A stretch of DNA of 38,043 nucleotides from a virus (IMGVR_UViG_3300005573_000174:1-38043), one strand, 5' to 3'; positions 26,617-35,838 are shown, counted from the first letter of the stretch. The notes: generated by a model not told the origin, from the sequence alone. Numbers and translations are program-made.

Positions 26617-27569
26617 AATTCTACAAATACACCAACCTCAAAGAAGTCCATCAGGGTCTTAAATACCATACCGGACTGAATATAGACATTCTACCCTTCA
26701 ACCCCACAGGGGATTGTAAGCCTGGGGGTATCTATTTTGCCCGAGAAGATATTTTAGCATTCATAGATTATCCTGGTTGGATTAGAGAAGTGAAGCTCCC
26801 AAAAGGGGAGCCTATTTACAAGAACCCCGGCAATCCCCAAAAATGGAAGGCTCACCGGGTCATACTCGGCCCTCGTAAGCCAGTGAATGCCAAGACAATC
26901 AAGGCGCTTATTGCCGAAGGTGCGGATGTTCACGCCAATAACGACAATGCCCTACGCTTGGCAGCTGAAAAGGGACGCCTAGATATAGTCCGTGTTCTGC
27001 TCGCTGCCGGCGCCAATGTCCACGCTAATAATGACTATGCTCTGTGTTTCGCGAGCGCATATGGGCACTTGGCAGTAGTTCGTATTCTGCTCGCTACTGG
27101 GGCTGATATTCACGCCAATAATGACCTTGCTCTGCGTAGGGCTGCCACGCATGGGCATCTAGGGATAGTCAAAACCCTACTCGCCGCTGGCGCCAATGTC
27201 CATGCTGGTAATGACTCTGCCCTATGCTGCGCGAGCACATATGGGCACTCGGCAGTAGTCCGCACCTTGCTCAAGGCCGGTGCGGATGTCAACGCTTGCG
27301 ATGCAGATGCCCTACTCCAGGCCTCTATGGCTGGCCATCTGGATGTGGTGCGCGCCTTACTGGGGGCGGGAGCAGATGTGCACGCGCACGACGACCGAGC
27401 ACTGCGCGAGGCTGCCTGGGCTGGCCACCTGGCTGTGGTGCGCGAGCTGCTCGAGGCTGGTGCCGATGTCCACGCTTGCAATGACATGGCTCTGCGCATG
27501 GCTGCTGATAAGGGCCATACGGATGTGGTCCAAGCACTGGAGCGGGCCGCTGGTGAGGAACAAAACTAA
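26613..27569 (+). CDS. Ankyrin-repeat protein A (N-terminal domain plus seven 30-aa repeats)
   Basis: Repeats GA(D/N)VHAxxDxALxxAxxxGHxxVVxxLLxA. Confidence 0.92.
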   Translation: MKFYKYTNLKEVHQGLKYHTGLNIDILPFNPTGDCKPGGIYFAREDILAFIDYPGWIREVKLPKGEPIYKNPGNPQKWKAHRVILGPRKPVNAKTIKALIAEGADVHANNDNALRLAAEKGRLDIVRVLLAAGANVHANNDYALCFASAYGHLAVVRILLATGADIHANNDLALRRAATHGHLGIVKTLLAAGANVHAGNDSALCCASTYGHSAVVRTLLKAGADVNACDADALLQASMAGHLDVVRALLGAGADVHAHDDRALREAAWAGHLAVVRELLEAGADVHACNDMALRMAADKGHTDVVQALERAAGEEQN

Positions 27570-27589
27570 AATCATCAAAGGATGCTAAA

Positions 27590-27832
27590 ATGACCCAGGA
27601 GCAAAAAACGGATTGGGATGAAATTTTGTGGGCTTCTGTGCGTGAGAGGATTGCCGAGATTCAACAGCGCTTGGCTGAGCTGGACCACGAGATGGACAGG
27701 CAGTGTGCTTATGGTCTGGAGGACAGTTGGTTTGATATGTATCATGAGAAATACGATTTGGAGCGGGAGCTGCGGTCACTTGAGAGCCTGATAAATGAGC
27801 CAGTGCTGAGTGATGAGGATGGGGACGACTAA
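27590..27832 (+). CDS. Acidic coiled-coil hypothetical protein
   Basis: 80-aa ORF between the ankyrin genes. Confidence 0.65.
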   Translation: MTQEQKTDWDEILWASVRERIAEIQQRLAELDHEMDRQCAYGLEDSWFDMYHEKYDLERELRSLESLINEPVLSDEDGDD

Positions 27833-27882
27833 CCCGAAAAGGGGGCTAAAATGAGCAGAGCCAGGAAAGGAAAGAGACAATA

Positions 27883-28338
27883 ATGGGTAAAAGAAGAATC
27901 AAACATAGGAGAGTGGTTATTTATCTTGACACCCCTGGCGGCCGTAAATGTGGTGAGAGTAGTGCTACCAGCCTGGCCGAAGCCGAGCGGAATCTTAAGA
28001 TAGCAGAGGAAGAGTTGAAGCAAGCAGAGCGTGCTCAAAGGTTTGGTCTAAACAAGGATGGATTCGGAAGCACCCGACCTCTAGATATTGCGGTCAGCCA
28101 GTTAGCGGATAGCGCGCATGATTACCGCATTGTGGCTGCGCTCGCGGTCTATGGTGAAAAAGAGGTTGATGTGCGTGATGCCATCCGCGAATACATCCTT
28201 TGGGATGGTCGTGAGCCGAGTGAATGGCGATATACAGAGGCATATCTGCAGGTGCAGGCGGCCCGAGCTGTGTGGGAATTATTTACAAATGGTTACACAG
28301 ATATACGCCGCACATATCCGGATGCGTTTATACAGTGA
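27883..28338 (+). CDS. Hypothetical protein
   Basis: 151-aa ORF, TAATG-coupled to a 10-codon mini-ORF at 27851. Confidence 0.65.
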   Translation: MGKRRIKHRRVVIYLDTPGGRKCGESSATSLAEAERNLKIAEEELKQAERAQRFGLNKDGFGSTRPLDIAVSQLADSAHDYRIVAALAVYGEKEVDVRDAIREYILWDGREPSEWRYTEAYLQVQAARAVWELFTNGYTDIRRTYPDAFIQ

Positions 28339-28362
28339 TGTTCAACAAAAGGAGGGGAGGAA

Positions 28363-29253
28363 ATGAAATTCTATAAATATACTAACCGTAAAGAAGTTCA
28401 TCATGGTCTTAAATATCATACCGGATTGAATGTGGATATTTTACCCTTTAATCCCAGAGGTAATTGCGGGCCTGGTGGTATTTATTTTGCCCGGAAAGAT
28501 ATTTTGGCGTTTATTGATTATCCTGGCTGGATTAGAGAAGTGAAGCTCCCAAAAGGGGAGCCTATTTACAAGAACCCCGGCAATCCCCAAAAATGGAAGG
28601 CTCACCGGGTCATTCTTGGCCCTCGTAAGCCAGTGAACGCCAAGACCATCAAGGCGCTCATCGTTAAAGGTGCGAATATTCATGTCTACGAAGATTGGCC
28701 CTTGCGTATGGCAAGTGCGCGTGGACTCTTGGCAATAGTTCGGGTTTTAATCGCAAAAGGCGCCAATGTCCATGCATGCAACGACGAAGCCCTACACATG
28801 GCTAGTGCTAACGGACATTTGGCAATTGTCCGGGAACTGATTAAGGCTGGCGCCAATGTCCATGCTGGTAATGATTATGCTTTGCGCATGGCAAGCAAAT
28901 ATGGTCGTTTGGCTGTGGTTAAGACTCTACTAAAAGCTGGGGCCAATATTCATGCTTGCAGTGATTATGCTTTGCGCTTGGCCTGCACATATGGACACGC
29001 GAATGTGGCCCGAGTTTTAATCGCAGCTGGAGCTAATATTCACGCTGGTGATGATTATGCCTTAGACATGGCAAGCACATATGGGCACTTATCAGTAATT
29101 CGCGTTTTGCTTAAGACCTGGGGGAATATCAAAGATAGCAACAGTTATGCTATATACAGAGCCATTGAAAAAGGACACGGTGCGGTGATAGAGGAATTGA
29201 AGCAAGCATTAACAAGACAAAAGTATAACCCAAAAAAGAAGGAGAAGAAATGA
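28363..29253 (+). CDS. Ankyrin-repeat protein B (paralogue of A; six repeats, the last degenerate)
   Basis: Near-identical 100-aa N-terminus to A, followed by different repeats. Confidence 0.92.
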   Translation: MKFYKYTNRKEVHHGLKYHTGLNVDILPFNPRGNCGPGGIYFARKDILAFIDYPGWIREVKLPKGEPIYKNPGNPQKWKAHRVILGPRKPVNAKTIKALIVKGANIHVYEDWPLRMASARGLLAIVRVLIAKGANVHACNDEALHMASANGHLAIVRELIKAGANVHAGNDYALRMASKYGRLAVVKTLLKAGANIHACSDYALRLACTYGHANVARVLIAAGANIHAGDDYALDMASTYGHLSVIRVLLKTWGNIKDSNSYAIYRAIEKGHGAVIEELKQALTRQKYNPKKKEKK

Positions 29254-29396
29254 AGATAGACAAAACCATTCAGTTTATTTTGCTAGTCGCGATTCTTCTT
29301 GTGTCCATTGAAATTGGGATGCAAATCCAAGCATGGCTTGACAAAAAGCAATGCGAGCATCGAGAGGAAATCGGATATGAGGAGATATTTAGATGA
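29250..29396 (+). CDS. Small membrane protein (48 aa; not in ORF track)
   Basis: AAGGAG RBS, ATGA overlaps at both ends; MKIDKTIQFILLVAILLVSIEIGMQIQAWLDKK... Confidence 0.65.
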   Translation: MKIDKTIQFILLVAILLVSIEIGMQIQAWLDKKQCEHREEIGYEEIFR

Positions 29397-29809
29397 CCAT
29401 TGAATTCCTGGTGATGGGAGTTCCCGCTCCCGCTGTGCGTAAGAATTTCAAAAAACCCTGGCAGTGGAAAAGGGCGCTGGAGAACCCCGGCAGCAGTTTG
29501 GCCAAAGAATTCTCGTGGCGGAATAAGGTGGTTCTCGCTGCCCGTCCCTTGAAAAAAGCTCTTACATCGCTATCATTCCCGATATCGGTTTCAATGGTTT
29601 TTTGGTTCCCAAAAATCCCCAGGCGCATAGATGGAGACAACCTTTTTAAGGCGACATTAGACGCGCTTGTTTATGACGGGCTTCTTCCTGGCGATTCTTG
29701 TGATATAGTTCAAGCAGGAATGTTTTATGTTTTTGAATCAGAGGAGCCACGGGCTAAAATTAAAATCAGCGAAACAAAAGGGGCAGTAATGCCAAAGGAG
29801 GAAAAATGA
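29393..29809 (+). CDS. rusA: RusA-like Holliday junction resolvase
   Basis: DGDNLFKATLDAL...GDS catalytic motif. Confidence 0.85.
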   Translation: MTIEFLVMGVPAPAVRKNFKKPWQWKRALENPGSSLAKEFSWRNKVVLAARPLKKALTSLSFPISVSMVFWFPKIPRRIDGDNLFKATLDALVYDGLLPGDSCDIVQAGMFYVFESEEPRAKIKISETKGAVMPKEEK

Positions 29810-30087
29810 AAAACATAGTGAGCAGGAGGCTCGTTTGGGCTGCGACGGTTTTTATTATTGCGGGTTTATCTGCCTGCGGGTTTTTTCTAGCTGGATTTTT
29901 CTGGCCACATCAGCCCAATAATACTCGCTCCCAGACACACGGCCAACTCATGGAGCATTTTATTCAAATTCCAGTGGCCGCGCTCAATCAATCCTGCATT
30001 ATTGATTCCCAAGTTTGCTATTGTTATGATTATCTGATAGATATTTGCGGGAAGGAAAAACAAATCCCTGGACGGCGGGAACCATGA
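29806..30087 (+). CDS. Small membrane/secreted Cys-containing protein
   Basis: N-terminal TM; ATGA coupling on both sides. Confidence 0.6.
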   Translation: MKNIVSRRLVWAATVFIIAGLSACGFFLAGFFWPHQPNNTRSQTHGQLMEHFIQIPVAALNQSCIIDSQVCYCYDYLIDICGKEKQIPGRREP

Positions 30088-30929
30088 AGGTTTTATCTCT
30101 TTTCAGTGGCATTGGCGGGTTTGACCTGGCCGCCACAAAGATGGGCTGGGAGGTGGTTGGCCAGGTTGAGAACAACCCGTTCTGCCAAAAAGTCCTTGAA
30201 AAGCATTGGCCAGATGTAAAGCGCATGGAGGATATTCACGATGTCAAGGGAAACGAGTTCGGACCAATTGACCTTATATGCGGGGGACCCCCCTGCCAGC
30301 CAATCAGTTTTGCCGGGAAGCGAAGGGGCGAGGCAGATGACCGTTGGCTCTGGCCAGAAGCTCTTAGAATTATGTTCGTGCTCAAACCGCGTTGGGCCGT
30401 GTGGGAAAACCCTGTTGGAATACTTAGTCAGGACGGGGGAATTCCATTCGAATCTCTGTGTGCTCGAATGGAGAGTAAAGGCTACGAAGTCCAACCGTTT
30501 ATTATTCCAGCTGCGGCCATTGGTGCGATGCACATACGGGACAGGGTTTGGATTATCGCCAACCAGTGCAGCGGGAACCTCAAGCAACACGGGATTGGTG
30601 AATCAAATCGCCATACTAAGAACCCCGACAGCAACGGAGGGTATGGGTGGGACAAGGGATTTGCGTCGGGTGAAGAAAATGGGGTGGAATCCCAGGGTCA
30701 GATTGCGGGACCAGGTTATGCTAATTGGCCTGCGATTGCAACCCGCCTTTGTGGAATGGATGATGGGCTTCCCGTTAGGATGGACGGATTTGAACTCACC
30801 AAGTCACAGCATCGGAGGGAACGGCTGAAGGCACTTGGGAACGCCGTGGTCCCCCGGGTGGTTTTCGAAATTTTCAGGGCGATTGAATTTTGCGAGAGAG
30901 TTTGGGTTGCGTTGGGGCAACCAGAATGA
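30084..30929 (+). CDS. C5 cytosine DNA methyltransferase, alpha-like chain
   Basis: Motifs I FSGIGG, IV GPPCQ, VI ENP, VIII RDRVWI and X LGNAVVP; no recognisable motif IX. Confidence 0.9.
   Translation: MKVLSLFSGIGGFDLAATKMGWEVVGQVENNPFCQKVLEKHWPDVKRMEDIHDVKGNEFGPIDLICGGPPCQPISFAGKRRGEADDRWLWPEALRIMFVLKPRWAVWENPVGILSQDGGIPFESLCARMESKGYEVQPFIIPAAAIGAMHIRDRVWIIANQCSGNLKQHGIGESNRHTKNPDSNGGYGWDKGFASGEENGVESQGQIAGPGYANWPAIATRLCGMDDGLPVRMDGFELTKSQHRRERLKALGNAVVPRVVFEIFRAIEFCERVWVALGQPE
30241..30828 (+). CDS. Nested alternative-frame methyltransferase beta-like chain
   Basis: GGAGG 9 nt before the ATG; 195-aa ORF wholly inside the MTase, ending in LQPAFVEWMMGFPLGWTD (motif IX-like). Confidence 0.75.
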   Translation: MSRETSSDQLTLYAGDPPASQSVLPGSEGARQMTVGSGQKLLELCSCSNRVGPCGKTLLEYLVRTGEFHSNLCVLEWRVKATKSNRLLFQLRPLVRCTYGTGFGLSPTSAAGTSSNTGLVNQIAILRTPTATEGMGGTRDLRRVKKMGWNPRVRLRDQVMLIGLRLQPAFVEWMMGFPLGWTDLNSPSHSIGGNG

Positions 30930-31135
30930 GACAGGAGGGATGTAATAAGAGAATGATTCCCTGTGCAAAAGAGTGCCAAGACCCGAACTGGCTTGTTTTG
31001 GCCGCCCGTGTTCAAGAAATGAGCGGAGGGTATGCCCCTATACCCAGGAGAGGCGTGCCCCCCAAGCTGAAAAAAATAACAGCAGCGGAACTCTTGAAAA
31101 AATTCCCTGGTGGGTATAGAATAGGGTTGAGCTGA
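30926..31135 (+). CDS. Hypothetical protein
   Basis: ATGA and TGATG coupling with neighbours; start uncertain. Confidence 0.5.
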   Translation: MRQEGCNKRMIPCAKECQDPNWLVLAARVQEMSGGYAPIPRRGVPPKLKKITAAELLKKFPGGYRIGLS

Positions 31136-31338
31136 TGCCCATTTATGAATACGAGTGCGACTACTGCGGAAATCGTATGGAGCGGGTTTTCTCAATTTCC
31201 GCCCGCCCCTCTAGAATAGATTGCGACAATCCCACTTGCAGAAACCGCAAGAGCGCGCGGCTAATTATCAGCCGGAGTTTTTTCCGGCTATGTGGGCAGG
31301 GCTGGGCCAAAGATAATTATGCGAAAGGGAAAAAATAA
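31135..31338 (+). CDS. FmdB-family zinc-ribbon protein
   Basis: MPIYEYECDYCG...C..PTC...RLIIS...FRLCGQGWAKDNY. Confidence 0.9.
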   Translation: MPIYEYECDYCGNRMERVFSISARPSRIDCDNPTCRNRKSARLIISRSFFRLCGQGWAKDNYAKGKK

Positions 31339-32933
31339 TGGACACCAAAACACCAGCGCCCAGTTTTGTTCTTTCGGTTCTTTGTTATAATCAGCTGGAT
31401 AAAACTAAATCTTGTATTGAGTCCATTCTTAAATTTACTGGGGGTAATTTTAGGCTTCACATTTGGGATAATGCCTCTCGCAGGGATACCTATCAATACC
31501 TGGACAGCCTGAAAGACCGGGATTGCCGGATTGTCATTACCCACAGCCCCCGAAATGTCGGCTTCATTCTTGCACACAACTGTGTTTTTGAAAGATACCG
31601 GTATAGTTGCGAATATTTTGTGTGCCTAAACAATGACTTGGTGATAAAAGAGCCGGACTGGAACCTCCGCATGGCCGATACACTCGAGCAACACGGATGG
31701 TCGGCGGTTGGAGCCAAACAGAAATTCATGTTCAATAATAAATTTGCGGGAATAACCCGACTGTCATCCCGGCTGGATTATGTTGACGGCTCGCTGCTGA
31801 TGGTCAAGTGCCACGATTTGAATTTCCTGCCAACGCTTTTTGATGAGAAATATTTGAAACACATCTATTACGAAGACGGGGATTTGAGCCTGCGATTGAA
31901 AAACGCGGGGTTGGAGATAGGCGAAGTGGATGTGGCCGTTGAACATGAGGTCGCTTCCACAACCAGCAGAGAAAAAATATGGATAGACCTGGAAGCCGCC
32001 CAGCTCAATAATCAGGCGGTAATGTGCGATAGGTGGAGCATTCCCCGTTTTGAGGGACGCCCTCTGAAAATACTTGTGAATCGTCCATACGCCCTCGGGG
32101 ATGTCCTCTGTGTAGAACCCATTTTGCGGGAGTTGCTTTATAAATATCCTGCTAGCGAAATAACTGTGCGGACGCTGGTTCCCGAGGTGCTGAAATATAA
32201 CGGCCTTCCTCTAAAATTTAATTACAATTCGGAAGGCGCTTTTCTGTGGGACAAGGTTATTGACCTTACGCTCGCATATGAGAGTCGTCCCCATATGCAT
32301 TTAGTTGACGCCTATGCTGCCAAAGCGGGGGTTGTTTTATCGGATAAAGTGCCTCGGTTTTCGCCTGATATAGTTTGGCCTGGCGAGAAAACCTTCCGGG
32401 TTTTGGTCTGTGCCGATGCTAGCTGGCCTTCTCGCTCTTGGGATAAGCAGAAATGGATAGAAGTGGCCTCGGAAATCAAGGCGAACGGGAACGATGTGAT
32501 AGAAATAGGCCGCCAGGGAAGTGGCCTGGGGGTGGGAGAAAACCTTGTTGGTAAATTCCAGTATCCGGGTGGCTTGCGCGATTTAGCTAAACTGATGACC
32601 ACTGCCGACATTTTTCTGGGCATAGACGGTTTTCTAATGCATCTGGCCCAGGCGGTCGGGTTGCCGGTGCTGGTGCTTTTCGGGTGTGTTTATCCGGGTT
32701 ATCGCATCCACGACTGGAGCAAGGCTAAAGTTGTCTGGCTAACCCAGGAACAAATCCCTTGTGCTGGTTGCCACCATTTTCGGGATGCGCCCTCTACTTA
32801 TTGTCAATGCCCGGGAGATAACGATTGTATGAAAAACATAACAGTAGATATGGTTCTGGATTCCTTTTTCAATAGAGATTTTGGGGAAAAACCCCCGCTC
32901 CACATACGCCCGTGGCTGGGGTATATGAAATGA
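31338..32933 (+). CDS. Bifunctional glycosyltransferase (GT2 plus GT9-like)
   Basis: N-half WDNAS, LNND, YYEDGDL; C-half ALGDVL, GIDGFLMHLAQAVGLPVLVLFG and a Cys cluster. Confidence 0.88.
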   Translation: MDTKTPAPSFVLSVLCYNQLDKTKSCIESILKFTGGNFRLHIWDNASRRDTYQYLDSLKDRDCRIVITHSPRNVGFILAHNCVFERYRYSCEYFVCLNNDLVIKEPDWNLRMADTLEQHGWSAVGAKQKFMFNNKFAGITRLSSRLDYVDGSLLMVKCHDLNFLPTLFDEKYLKHIYYEDGDLSLRLKNAGLEIGEVDVAVEHEVASTTSREKIWIDLEAAQLNNQAVMCDRWSIPRFEGRPLKILVNRPYALGDVLCVEPILRELLYKYPASEITVRTLVPEVLKYNGLPLKFNYNSEGAFLWDKVIDLTLAYESRPHMHLVDAYAAKAGVVLSDKVPRFSPDIVWPGEKTFRVLVCADASWPSRSWDKQKWIEVASEIKANGNDVIEIGRQGSGLGVGENLVGKFQYPGGLRDLAKLMTTADIFLGIDGFLMHLAQAVGLPVLVLFGCVYPGYRIHDWSKAKVVWLTQEQIPCAGCHHFRDAPSTYCQCPGDNDCMKNITVDMVLDSFFNRDFGEKPPLHIRPWLGYMK

Positions 32934-33475
32934 ATATCCAGGAGTTGCTGGAAAAACGGGCCAAGCAGGTGTCGGACATCAACGAGCATCTTTATTTTCT
33001 CAAGGATTTTGTGAATAGCAATCAAGTGAAAGAGATTGTTGAGTTTGGGGTTAGGGATGGGAATAGCACCATCGCTTTTCTCTCTTCCGATTGCAAGTCC
33101 CTGGTATCGGTGGATTTAGTTAGAGACCCTCGCTTGCAGGAAGTTTGTGATGCTTATAAGGAGGGTGGCTGTCCGGAGTGGTCGTTCATCGAGGCAGATG
33201 ACCTGGATATTCCACCAGTGTCCTGCGACCTGCTATTTATCGATTCCAACCATACTTACAAGCATTTGAAGGCCGAACTCGCCAGACATGCGAGTGGTGT
33301 TCGGAGATTCATCGCTTTACATGACACTACAACTTTTTGGGATTGGGATGCGTTTCGGAGCGAAATAGGCATAGGTCGGGCGATTATGGAGTTCCTTCGG
33401 GAGCATAAGGAGTGGAAGACCCTGCTCCGGTTTTACAATAACAATGGACTGATGGTTCTTGCAAAATATGCCTAA
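32930..33475 (+). CDS. Class I SAM methyltransferase (Methyltransf_24-like)
   Basis: VEFGVRDGNST, DLLFIDSNHTY and ALHDT motifs. Confidence 0.85.
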   Translation: MNIQELLEKRAKQVSDINEHLYFLKDFVNSNQVKEIVEFGVRDGNSTIAFLSSDCKSLVSVDLVRDPRLQEVCDAYKEGGCPEWSFIEADDLDIPPVSCDLLFIDSNHTYKHLKAELARHASGVRRFIALHDTTTFWDWDAFRSEIGIGRAIMEFLREHKEWKTLLRFYNNNGLMVLAKYA

Positions 33476-33507
33476 TATATTAGGCACAAAAAGAGAGGAG
33501 GCTTGAA

Positions 33508-35838
33508 ATGAAATATTCGGTTATTATTCCAACAGTTAACAATATTTCCTGCGTAATGCAGCTGGCTGACAGCCTGGAAAACGCTATGTGCCCTGAAAGC
33601 GAATATATTTTCGTGGTGCATCCTTCTAATGATGGCACCACTGAATATCTGGAGGCGCTTAAATGGCCAATAGTTATTAAAAGCGACCGGAATACTGGCT
33701 GGGTTGGGGGAATTAACCTGGGAATACGCGAGGCAAAGGGGAAATTCCTGGTATTGCTCAATGACGACACTCTGGTCGGTGTAGACTGGCTGGACCGGCT
33801 TAGTGGGGCAATGGCAAGGCTGGAGAAGAAATATCCTGGTATCAGATGCGGAATATCCGGGCCTTTGTGCAATTATGTAGGTAGTGAGCTTCAAAGAGAC
33901 CATCGTTTCCAAATTCCCAAGCCCACCCGCGAGCAGGTTTCCAGCTATTCATTGAGCCTGACCGACACCTCTGTGGAGAGCGTGGGGTTTGTCAGTGGGG
34001 TATGTATGATGATACATCGGGAGTTGTATTGGAAACTGATTGACCCCACCAGCAGGGAGTTGCTTGACCCCAGGTTTGCACCCGGGGGATACGATGACAA
34101 TGACCTTTGCGTGCGAGCGCAACGGGCTGGTTTCCGGGCTACTATCGCCAGGGATTGTTTTGTCTGGCACCTGGGTGGAGCTACGACGAAAAAGATGGGC
34201 CTGTCCCCCGATTACAACGAAAAGGCAGCGGTCTTTGTGGATAAATATCGAGGAGCCAGTGCGCCCCCAGAGACCTTAATTGCGGCCTATCTGGTAAAAA
34301 TACTTGAAGACGAATCCGACCTGGAAAAAAGCGTGAAACAAGCCACCCAATTCGCAGACGGACTGGCGGTTCTAGTTGACACATGTGGCCAGCCAGAGAT
34401 TCTTCGGAAGGAGTTCGCATCATGCTTGAAATCCTGGGCTGGGGACAAACCTATCCAGATAGAATTTATCCCACCCGGAGAGCCGTTCAATGAGCGCAAT
34501 TATCGCAACCGACTCCTGTCCCTGGCAATGCAAATGGGAGCCACCTGGGTGATATGTATAGACGCGGATGAGGTTTTCGAAATGGACCGGGAGGATGCTC
34601 TTCGCATGATGCTCACTCCCGACCCCCAAGTTGTCGGGTTTGTTTTTCATTTTTTCAACATTTGGGAGCGGGACCTGGTTCGGGTGGACGGGTTTTGGGG
34701 GATACAAAATGATTGCCGTATGTTCCGGGTTATGCCCAACCAGGTCATTACTGGCGGGCATCCAGACACAGGCCTTCATTGCGGGTCAGTCCCTTCCGAC
34801 CTGCCCAAAGATTGGCTGAAAACGACTAATATCCGGGTTATCCATTCGGGTTTTGCCACTCCCCAGAAACGGGCCGCTAAACTCGCCTGGTATGAGGAGC
34901 GAGACCCGGGCGGGAAATACGGTGCGGAGAGATATGACTCTCTTGCAGACGCGGTGGTCACCCTGCAACCACTTGGACCCCGTATGCGCCTGACCTTGGG
35001 AGTCATCGCTAGGCAAGAAGAGGCAAATATAGACGCCTTTTTCCTCAATTCGTCATATCATTTTGACCAGATTGTAGCATTGGCAAATAACTGCGTAGAC
35101 AAGACCGAAGAGCGCTTATCGGTTTGGGCGAGCAAGCCAGTTATATCCTCTGGACGCGTTTCTTTCGGCGAGCTTCGCAACCAGGTTCAGGAAAAAGTTG
35201 ACCCCGACTCTTGGCTGATTTTTCTCGATGTGGATGAGCGACTTGCCCCTCGTATTCCCATATGCCGGTTAATTCATTCCCCGCGTGTTGAGGCATATGC
35301 ATTGCCTATAATTAACATTTTGCCTGGTGGAGAGGCCATTTGGCAACCAGCAGCAATCCGGCTGTATCGCCCAGAGTTTGGGCGTTGGGTAGGCTCCGTG
35401 CATGAGCATGTCCGCCTGGATGATAAGTCAACAGTAGTGGAGCTGAACCACCCCGAAAAGCAATATTTTATCGCCCATTTTGGCTTTCTCAAACCACGCG
35501 AGATAGTTCAAGCCAAGAAAAACAAATACCGGCGATTGCTGCTTGACGAGGTCAAGGCTGACAATCGGAACGCCAGCGCATATTTTTATCTGGGGCTGGA
35601 CTGTTTTGACCGGGACCAGGTCGCCCCCGGGCTGGATTATATGCGCAAAGCAGAGGAGTTGGGGTCTATCGATGCGAAGCGTTTTTTGGGCAATTGGTAT
35701 CTGAATGAAGGGATGCGGGAGCTGGAAGAAGTCATCAGGAATACCCCCCAAAATCACCCGGCCTATCCGGTGCTTTATCGCACCCTGGAAGTGCTTAGCC
35801 AGGTAGTGCCCCCAGCGCTTGACAAAAGGAGATTTTGA
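33508..35838 (+). CDS. Multi-domain glycosyltransferase (three GT2-like domains plus TPR)
   Basis: LLNDD/GYDDNDL, IDADE/HSGF and LDVDE/VHEH/HFGF; C-terminal NASAYFYLG TPR-like helices. Confidence 0.85.
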   Translation: MKYSVIIPTVNNISCVMQLADSLENAMCPESEYIFVVHPSNDGTTEYLEALKWPIVIKSDRNTGWVGGINLGIREAKGKFLVLLNDDTLVGVDWLDRLSGAMARLEKKYPGIRCGISGPLCNYVGSELQRDHRFQIPKPTREQVSSYSLSLTDTSVESVGFVSGVCMMIHRELYWKLIDPTSRELLDPRFAPGGYDDNDLCVRAQRAGFRATIARDCFVWHLGGATTKKMGLSPDYNEKAAVFVDKYRGASAPPETLIAAYLVKILEDESDLEKSVKQATQFADGLAVLVDTCGQPEILRKEFASCLKSWAGDKPIQIEFIPPGEPFNERNYRNRLLSLAMQMGATWVICIDADEVFEMDREDALRMMLTPDPQVVGFVFHFFNIWERDLVRVDGFWGIQNDCRMFRVMPNQVITGGHPDTGLHCGSVPSDLPKDWLKTTNIRVIHSGFATPQKRAAKLAWYEERDPGGKYGAERYDSLADAVVTLQPLGPRMRLTLGVIARQEEANIDAFFLNSSYHFDQIVALANNCVDKTEERLSVWASKPVISSGRVSFGELRNQVQEKVDPDSWLIFLDVDERLAPRIPICRLIHSPRVEAYALPIINILPGGEAIWQPAAIRLYRPEFGRWVGSVHEHVRLDDKSTVVELNHPEKQYFIAHFGFLKPREIVQAKKNKYRRLLLDEVKADNRNASAYFYLGLDCFDRDQVAPGLDYMRKAEELGSIDAKRFLGNWYLNEGMRELEEVIRNTPQNHPAYPVLYRTLEVLSQVVPPALDKRRF

